From Bugula neritina (lineage: Eukaryota; Animalia; Bryozoa), in NCBI GenBank assembly GCA_964035545.1, contig OZ037765.1, positions 27,651,504-27,715,503 of the forward strand: 64,000 bases of DNA, written 5' to 3'. This document shows positions 54,640 to 64,000 of the stretch, in pieces (the first letter of the stretch is position 1; every line of letters begins with the position of its first letter). Made by a program: the position numbers and the translations under genes. The notes beneath the pieces were generated by a model. It worked only from the letters and a program-made list of their open reading frames with translations, was not told where the DNA came from and ran no database searches.

Positions 54640-55622
54640 TGCAGAGACAACTCAGGCGTTTGAGATTATGTGTAGAAAAAGCAACTCCTTAGTAAGTTTT
54701 TGTCTTTGCTAAATGTGTCGCAATTTCTAATGCGACTAATGAATGCGGTATTATCACACATGAGCGGATAACTCCCATGTACAACTTTCTCCAGCGACAA
54801 GTAACATAATCTTTTCTCAGAGCTGGATTTTTCGATTAACTGGGAAATTTAGATGTATAGAAATGGAAAATAGTAGAATATTGCAAATTTGAATTTGGAT
54901 AAGTAATCGTGCTTAAAATTTGAGCTGTCCAACACATTTTCAGCAGTGAGTAATACAATATGTACATCCTACATAGACAACAAGCACTACATAAACATTA
55001 TTGGGATTAAAAGCTTAAAACACTATGAATATTTTGTTGCGCAAGAGCGCATACTAAAGCCAGGCATAGTGTTGTAGTGGCACATTGTTGTTTATGCATC
55101 TTATGATGTATTGTATTACATGTATGATGAAGCCCGGACAGAAGCTGTATAGCTACAGCTATAAAGTATGATAGCTATAACTAGCCTAGAAGGTAGATAA
55201 TCTCAAGGTGCTAATCACTTAGAACGTGAGTAACTGCTAGATACGATAACTTAACACATAGCATTATTACATTAGCACATAAAGCAACGTTGCATTCACT
55301 TTTTAGAAAATTAATGGTCAAGAAGTTTCTTTGGCATAGAACATAAACTTATGATGTAGATTGCATAATATCAGACAAATTGGGGATAAAGTGATGAAAT
55401 TTGCTTTATTTTGAACTTAAGTCTATTTAGATGATCAAGACTAATCATTGCAATAAATAAACTGATTATAAACTTTCCCACCATTATATTGAATAGTCAA
55501 AAGAATAAGCCAAAGCATCGTCACATTACAGCTAAAATATAATACATTATTGCCCACATTAGAGTTTTAATACACAGTATATGACAAGATATATTTACAA
55601 AATATAATAATTATAAAAATGG

Positions 55623-58600
55623 TTAATTCTTGTCTCCTGAAGAATCCACAGCCACAGCGTCCACAGTAGTAGGAGTGGCCACAGCATCTGCTTTCACTTC
55701 TCCCACAGTTTCATCACTTGGCTTAGCAGCAGCAACAGCGGCAGGCTGTGAAGGTGCATCTCCTGCTGGTGCAGGTTCGCTGAAGCACAAACAGGAATAA
55801 AGTTAACATTTCATTACCGCTTTGCTCACAGCAAGTGAATAATAATTAGGAACAAATGTTGACTTTTTATATAAGCAAGCAAAAACACGGAAAATTTAGG
55901 TTTAAATTTTTTTTAATAAGAATGGACACAAGCTCACCTTGAAGAAGTCTCCATACTTGGCTTTTCAGTGTCTGCTGCAGGTTTGGCAGCTTCATCTGGT
56001 TTGTCAGCAGTTGCAGCGTCTGCTGGAGGCTTCACTTCTGGCAGCTGCTTACTGTCACCGTTGGCAGCAGAAGTCTTGGGTCTCTTTGCTGTCTTATAGT
56101 TTTGCTCATCTTTCCTTCCATCCCCCTCATCCTCGCTATCCGAGAGGTCCTCGTCACAGGCTATACGTTTGTCACTTGCTCGTACTGTAACATAAACCAA
56201 TCAGATCAGTTGCTAAGCAGAGAAATCTTCTGCCAGCAATAGAGTTTGGTCCCACGCATTACTTACGGGACCAAATCACCCAGCAACTGCTAACAACATT
56301 AAAACTCTGAAAAGACAACACGGAGTAGAGCTCTGCATTACAAAAAGTAAATTTATATCTATACTATTACATATGAAAATATTTTGGTATGTCACTTTGA
56401 GTCTAGAGATGACTAAAATGAGTGAGGAATTTGAGTCGAAAACAGCTGCTGAAAAAAACAACATTTTCACTACATACTTGCTAACTTCAACTTAATTATA
56501 TTATATCTTAGCATAGAATAACATTTCCTTTGAGTAGAAGTTTACAATTTTGAGCAGTTGCAAAATATATAACCATTTGAATAAACTGTTAGAGTTCAAT
56601 CAGATAAGTAATTTTAGCAAATTTAGTCGCTATTTATGGAGTTATCTCCTCACTTGACATTCTCTCGTCTGGATTTTCTTTATCTGCTTCAGCTTTATCA
56701 TCAGTGGTGAGAGAATCTTCTGGAATGTTTGCCATCTGGACACCAGGAGCATGAGGGAGCATTCTCAGGTTCTCAAACAGGCGACATCTACAGGATCAGA
56801 CACAGGCACAGTTGTGACGAGGAGTCAATAGAATATAATTGTTGCATAATTTGAAAACTATTTTAATTTACTTACATCATAATAGTAACGATACTGATTC
56901 TTGATACACTGCTTTTACTCAAACTAATGATAAAGTAACTTCAACGATGTCAGACTTTGTTGTCAATTCCCTTGTTTGTTCTAGTAAATATCTTTACATA
57001 TTAAACACATTGTATTCAGTTACAAGACATATATTAAATAACATACTTTATTTTGTCTAGGTATTCTGGCGTATTCTGATTACTCATATTAGAAGGACTG
57101 AGATGAAGCTTGAAATCTGGACCATAGTACTCAAAATAGTCATTATATGGAAGTTCTACAAACAAAAATATTAAATGAGAAAAAAAAACATAATAATTTA
57201 TTAAACGATGGCAGCACAAAGAGCAAATAATGTGCCTACATTGTCAAGCTGAAACTCATTTACTACACACCAGACCAGCAATGAGAAGTGGAGTGATAGA
57301 ATATTCTGGTATGAAAGAGTTTTCACTCTGCATTAGTCCACACCTCACTGTAGGCATATCAGTTTTCACAAAACTCAACATGACTTAGCTAAAATCATGA
57401 AACAGTGAAACAAATTATCATAACTAGCACTCTTTTAAGCCAAGTTGTACATAATATTATACAGCTAGAATATAGTGATATTAAGAATGTTACCATTGGC
57501 AATGTCACTGTTCAGTGCTATGGATGTTTCGTAAGTCCAACACCGAGCTACGTTTCTGATGGTGTAACCTCCACCACCCAGTAACAGCAAGGGAAGGTTG
57601 TATCGCTTCATGAACTCTACACATCTGCCATGACCTGTACAAGAGGTCATTAACTAGTGTACTACATGAGTATATCTACACTATATGAATACCTGTATAT
57701 CCACAGTACCATGCATTTATCAACTGACATTCTGATACACTTAGATACACAAAAACTTTAAACATCATCCGATTAATTTAAATTAAAATCATGTGAATGG
57801 CCAATTATTCTGCACTGTCTATTGTTAAATAAATTGGGCAATGACAAACAAATTATCATAAATTATAATTTCAAAACAAAAAAAATAATAGAAAAATGAC
57901 AAGCATTTTATGCACAAGTGGTAAATTTTCTCAAAAAAAAACCACTAGAAAATAAGTATAATTTTCCTGTTACAAAGCAGAAAGCATGCATCTATTTAGT
58001 ATTTACACAGCTACTGACCTTTGAGAGTGAGATTGAAACAGCCGAGTCTGTCACCAGAAAGAGAATCTGCACCACACTGTAGCACAATTGCTGATGGCTG
58101 GTACATCTCCATCACCTTCGACATCACCTGGTAATGCATACCTCACACATTATATATTCCCAACTCAGAGATCCCAAAAGATATTTCATAAAATATTGCA
58201 AAAGCCGTAATGTACAAATTTGGTTGCGCAACAAAAGCCCTCAAAGAAGCATCATGATGATGTAAATGAAACTTTCCAAGCATGACTCATGGAAATTCAT
58301 ATTTATAACCAATGAGTAACATCACTTTAACATTCTATGTACATAGAAGTTCACACAGGAATGTAATCTTTTAGCCATGCAGGTCTTAGGCTTTTAAAGT
58401 CATGACCATTTTTATGAGGAAAAATAAAAAACAAGAACTTTGCAATTTAATAACTAAAAGTGGAAAAATATTAGGATCAAACAAAAACCAACACAATAGC
58501 AAACAAAACCAACAATTGTAACAGAATAATTGCACTCAACCTACAGGCTGAAATATCTGTTCATACGACTCGTCATCAATTCCGTCACGGAGAGGAAAAT

Positions 58601-61600
58601 TCACAGCATAGTACTTCCCTTTGCCGGCTCCTATGTCCTGAATATTGATAAAAATATTTTATTTATACTTCCTAAATGGTTTGTAATAATAATTATAGCA
58701 GCCCAGTACAACATACATATTATTTACTCCACAAACAATGCAAATACCAGCAACTAAGATGAATCGAAGCAAGCATTCCTTAAAAAAAATATATATATAT
58801 ATAAAACTATGTACTCAAGTAAAACCAAACACTATCGGGGCTGATGCATTACATGTATTACAATTTACAGACACTTAAATACACTGAACAAAGTGGTTGA
58901 AGTAAGTTGAAAATCATTGACATTTAAAACATTGAAACAACATATAAATAAAGTACCCGTAAATCACCAGTTCCTGGGAAATACTCCCCATATTTGTGGA
59001 ATGACACTGTCATAACCCTGTCAGTAGTGTAGAATGCCTCCTCTACACCATCACCATGGTGAATATCAATATCTATGTACAGCACCCTCTGGTGGTACCT
59101 GCACAAGTTGAATAATACAAGTTACCTTAATTGATATCCTGATACAATGATGAGAAATCAAGCTTATGACAAGAAAAATAAATATCCCATAGTCATTCTT
59201 TATTAGGTGAACATTATTATCGAGCAACAACATGCACTTTATAGATACATTTAATACATGTGTTTATGTATAATAGGCGCATATATACTTAGCAAGCCCA
59301 ACTTACTTGAGCAGCTCCAGGATGCCGAGCACGATGTCGTTGACATAACAGAACCCAGAAGCTTCCGATTTCTTGGCATGATGCAAACCGCCCGCCCAGT
59401 TCACAGCGATATCTGTTTGGAGTTTGTTCAACTTGACAGCACCAGCTATGCTGCCTCCACCAGAGAGCTGACAGAACTCGTACATCCCATCAAACACAGG
59501 GCAATCCTCCCCAACGTTGACTAGAGACAGAGGTTGAAACAGTTTACTGTTGCTATAGACACAGTTTATGACTTCAGAACATTATTATGTATTTATATAC
59601 CATTTTTGCGGTAAAAACATTTTCTTAATTATTTAAATAGCAAATTAATTTTAGTTAAGTAATTAAAATGTAATTGAAATTTTAATTCAATGTAAAATGA
59701 TCAACACGTAGAGTTGATGGTGTATACTTTACAGCCTCAAATAGTTGTCATAGTATTGTGGAAACTTACTAGTTACAAGACACATTTTTCAAAATAATAA
59801 AAGGTGAGCTAAATAATAAAAGGTGAGCTAAAATCCTCTTATACTCACATCTCTGCATATGCTTGTTATGTTCTGACATATTGTCTGGGCGAATAGTCCT
59901 TAAAAACTTTATGTAGTCATCACTGTGAAACTTTGTCATTTCCTCAACTGAAGCTTTCATAGGTCGCTAATATACAAAATATATGAGTCATGACTTGAAT
60001 ATAAGAACAATTCAGAGCTAACTTCTTGAAACTATCTGAATGGCAACAAGAAGAGTTACTGTCACACATGAGTTATTCATGAGAGATATAAAAGCTGCAC
60101 GATTCCTTACGTAGATCTCCATTTTCCTATAAAGGCCGTAGTTCAACAGCAGATTGTGAGTCATCCTTATCCTGTGAGGTTTCATTGGATGCCCTTGTCC
60201 ATAGTAATAGTTACCAATGTCTCCTTCAAACAAGCAAACAAATATTAATTATATTACATTTTTAATCAATTTTACCTTACCTGCATACAATAATGGCAGA
60301 GGTAACATGATACTAAAGTCCCTGAACATAAGTCTTCAATACATTAAGTAATAGTAAGCAGTCTTGATATAATTTATAAATTTTTATTCGCATCACAAAC
60401 ATCAGCAATGGCAGACTTTTTTTGAGGTAATAAAAACAAGCAGTAAATAAATAAATATTAGTAAATGTAAATGGCAAAATTAACATTAAATTAATATTTT
60501 ATATAGTAAAAAATTAAGTGATAAGAAATACTCATAAATTACATTTAAATTACATGAACCTATGACATTGTGTATTACTATTACTATTATTATCAATTAT
60601 CTAAATTTTATTTGAATCTTCATTACATTAAATGAAGTAGCAACAAAAAGTAGTCTTGAACAACGACTACTTGTACAAATCTGAAAGTAAAAGTGAGTGT
60701 GGCTGTGTACATAAAGTTAAACATTCAATAATTTATTCATCTACTGCTTTAGCTTTACTTAGTTTGATTGTGATTTACTTACATTTATACTAGTACTTGC
60801 AGTACATAGTAATACTTGATACTGCTAAGTGATTAAGTGTAAAACTAAATGCTTTTAAAATTGAGAGTGTATTAAAACTACATCTACATATAATTATTTT
60901 ATATTTGTCTCAATCAGTCAATGTCGGTTAGAATAACTATTAACTATAAGTATAACTATTAGTCTATTACTATTATGTAAATTTGAAGTATGATGGTGAA
61001 AAGTGTTAGTGCTCCTATCACTATGAGACTGAGTATCACCATCTTTATCTTATACTGATGTTGGTACTCATTCTCAACTCATAGTTAATACTATACTAAT
61101 ACTTAACTTTGATTATGCTTATATGCTGATACATTAACTTATAATAATATTATTATTTATAACATATTTCACTGGTCATAGTTTTAGCATTAATATAAAT
61201 GATTTATAAACTAAACAAATTTGGCAACTGTTTCAAATATTTACTAATTGAAATTATAAAATATTATTTTTAAAATTAAACTTAAAGTACTGTACTTGAT
61301 CTTAATCTTACTACTCTACAGCTTGAATTAAAATAACTTAAACTTTTGATTAACTATAACATTAACGTCACTATAAGTATAATTATAACATCAACTATGT
61401 CTATAGTAATAGGCTACTAATAGTGATAGTCATAGTCTATAAGAGTTGGTATTGGTATTAGTATAAGTTTAATATAAGTATTAGTTATCACTATGACTAT
61501 AAGTATAAGTATAAGTTAAGAATTAGAATAAAATTAACTAATACTAATAGTAATACTAATACTAATAGTAATACTAATACTAATAGTAATAGTGATACTG

Positions 61601-61965
61601 ATAGTGATTAGGTTTAACAAAGTCTAATGCCAAGATGTTCATAAATACATTTTCATCCTTTCTAAGTACATAAAACAATAGACACACAATATTGTCATTT
61701 ATTCTAAACCAAAGTTAAGTTATATTAATTAATTTAAACTTTTAACCACAATTTCAACATTATTTTAGTTTTGCGAAATGGCACGCCATACTTTTACCAA
61801 AAAATTCCTATCTGAATTTCAGAGTATTTTTTGTAATTTGTATATAAACTTATAATATATCAATCAATAAAGACTATTCAAAATGACTGACAAAGTATAT
61901 AAATTTTTACCATCGTAGTAGTAGCAAACTTTCTTCTTGCTGTGGGGTCCAACAACAGCATTCAT
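55623..61965 (-). CDS. HDAC1: Class I histone deacetylase HDAC1/2 (Rpd3)
   Basis: [34 protein letters not shown]; [22 protein letters not shown]; [16 protein letters not shown]; [15 protein letters not shown]; tail [15 protein letters not shown]. The junctions checked were in phase. Confidence 0.98.
56267..56306 (-). other. Candidate poison (premature-stop) micro-exon in an HDAC1 intron, inside a predicted RNA structure
   Basis: Perfect GTAAGT donor (56261-56266). Three acceptors give 20, 23 or 40 nt exons, each with an in-frame stop. Flanking inverted repeats are present. Confidence 0.55.
60550..61620. repeat. 3-bp-periodic (ANT/ATA)n tract in HDAC1 intron 1
   Basis: ACTAATACTAATAGTAATACTAAT and ACTATAAGTATAAGTATAAGT. 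Confidence 0.85.
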
Positions 61966-62408
61966 GTTGCTAATTATTATTTGCGTTGTTCTGCACGGCT
62001 AGTAAGATCAACGTTGGTGGCGAAATGATTTCTGAACTTCGCGGAAACAAAGGAAACGCTAAAATGAAACCGTACTGAGAAGGCAAGTCTATAAAAATAG
62101 TTCTTCTTTAAAGCTAAACTTTAGTACACAATTTTTATGCAATATATGCATTTTTAAATAATTTTAAATTTAATTTTAAATTAAATAAATTTTATTTCAA
62201 TATAAATTACTAATAAAAATAAATCTTAATAAGTTATAGCGCTAGAAAACCCGCACTTTTTCCGTAGCAACCGGGCTAGCAACCAAGTGCTCTAAGATAT
62301 ACTATTTTGATGTTCACGCAGCTACACATGTTGTAGTGTTTGTCCACTACAGCAAATATTTTAGTAACAGAAACGTTTGATAGTCATATTATTTTAACTT
62401 GAATTATC

Positions 62409-63611
62409 ATGACTACAATAGCATTAGGAGGAGGCCCGGATCTTCACCAAAGAAGAGAGTTTGCTGGATTAAGGGATGGCACTCATGTACCTGGGTATGA
62501 TGTAAAAAGTGCTAACATTTCTATTCTTAGGTTTTACCAAAAGCGCAGTATTATTAAACCAAGTGAACACATGCTACTTTAAAAATGCTACTTTGCGAAT
62601 CGTAACAACTGATAATAAATAACAATATAAAAACCATCTAGCATGCCCTATTATCATTACCATGTAGGCCTACAGTATGATACATTTTGATTTAGCTGTT
62701 TTCTTCTATAGGTATTTGTCATAGCAAGCACAGATTTTTATGTTGCAAATTTCTTATTTTATCATGTTGAAGTTTGCTTATCTACTCAATAATCTATAGT
62801 AGCAACATGTTTCAAAACTTGAAACTATGCTCAAATTACAACTAAAACCATGTGATACTTTAAATATAAACCCTCAGTAGCAATTGCCTTACCTTGGAGT
62901 TTGTAAAATAGAGTGCTAATACCCTGTATCCAAATGTTGCTGTTAAAAAATCATGTATCACTTTAACGCCTTTAAGTATACAATAATTTGACTTTGAAAG
63001 TTTTTAATTTATCTACTAAAGTCAAACTTGTTCTTTAATTTGTTACTAAACATTCCAATTCAAGCAGTTACTTGAAAAATAATAAATGCAAACCTCATGG
63101 TATTTAAAAAATAATTCTGAAAATAAAATCTACAATCAATTCTATAAAAAGACTAAATGTAGGGCTGAATAATTTCTTCAAAAACACATTACCTGTTTTG
63201 ATGTGTAAAAAATCCGTATTGAATGTGAAAGCTTCTAGTTTGTTACTCAACCAATAACTGCAAATTTTGTTTTTAGTATGTGAGCTTATTGGCATTTCTT
63301 TCTTGCTATTAATGAATATGTGTACACTTTTTATATAGTACTGCATGGGCCTAAAATTGTCAGTTATTCAAAGCTTTTTCAGTACCATTTGGTGTTCTTA
63401 CATGTTAGATATCGTGGATACTGCCCACAAATTAAATACCGAGTTGGAAAGACATATGGAACTGACACTCACCAATTATCAGAGAAAACTGACCATGTTC
63501 ATCCCTTACCACCGGTAGGCCCTTCTAACCCCAAGCCTGTGCTGTCAAACAAGCTGCCTGCTGCAACTGGAGACAATAAATACACTGAGCAGATGGTGCC
63601 TGGCTACACTG
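62409..63611 (+). CDS. FAM166B: FAM166/CIMIP2-family ciliary microtubule inner protein, 5' part
   Basis: MTTIALGGGPDLHQRREFAGLRDGTHVPG|YRGYCPQIKYRVGKTYG...MVPGYTG contains repeated PGYxG motifs. It lies head-to-head with HDAC1. Paralogue assignment is uncertain. Confidence 0.8.
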
Positions 63612-64000
63612 GTAACTAGAGCAGTACTTGCAATGGCTTTATTTTCTATTTTATACTCTTACTTTTACTTATACATATGTGTGTTCGTGTGTGGGTGTGT
63701 ATAAACATGTATATATTTATATATGTATAAATATACCGAGACAATAGCCATACAAGATATAGTAAATTATTTTAGTTTTGACAAAATCAGACAAGTAAGG
63801 AAATTAATGTTGTATAAATAAAAGTTTTTAAGTTTGATGATAAGTTAGCTTCATTACTCTTATGTCTAGTTAAGGCATGAGTGGCTGATAGTAAACAGTT
63901 GTATTATTAAATATTCTACTCTTGAAATTATTATTTGATAGGATACTTGTATGAAAACTGAAAGCATACGTTTATATTAATTATTTCCTAGTAGAGAACT

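Noticed and set aside
56248-56270. UAAUGCGUGGGA resembling the 3' part of a TPP riboswitch
   Set aside because: The CUGAGA core and the other conserved TPP elements are not present in the right order.
56245-56275. TTTGGTCCC hairpin resembling the start of miR-133
   Set aside because: The match ends after 9 nt, and the stem is far too short for a pre-miRNA.

Overview
AT-rich, intron-rich animal genomic DNA; the compact introns and gene set suggest an invertebrate, possibly a lophotrochozoan (inference only). Hand-splicing of GT/GC-AG exons gives these genes in order: two tandem minus-strand paralogues sharing an unrecognised N-terminal domain (one partial, one complete with about 10 C2H2 fingers); a Mox/Meox homeobox gene whose homeodomain the ORF track misses; RPAP3 (+); ENOPH1 (-); PIGS (+) with an intronless antisense 150-aa two-TM ORF nested in an intron; MAP9 (-); HDAC1/2 (-); and the 5' part of a FAM166/CIMIP2 gene (+). 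Several small non-autonomous DNA transposons and a tRNA-derived SINE are also present. Four observations stand out. (1) A stop-containing micro-exon in an HDAC1 intron has its splice sites inside a two-state RNA structure. (2) A 3-bp-periodic (A-N-T)n tract lies in the promoter-proximal intron of most genes here but not Mox or FAM166. (3) The nested orphan gene in PIGS. (4) A transposon-in-transposon fills the ENOPH1/PIGS bidirectional promoter. All gene models and TSS positions are manual and lack transcript support.
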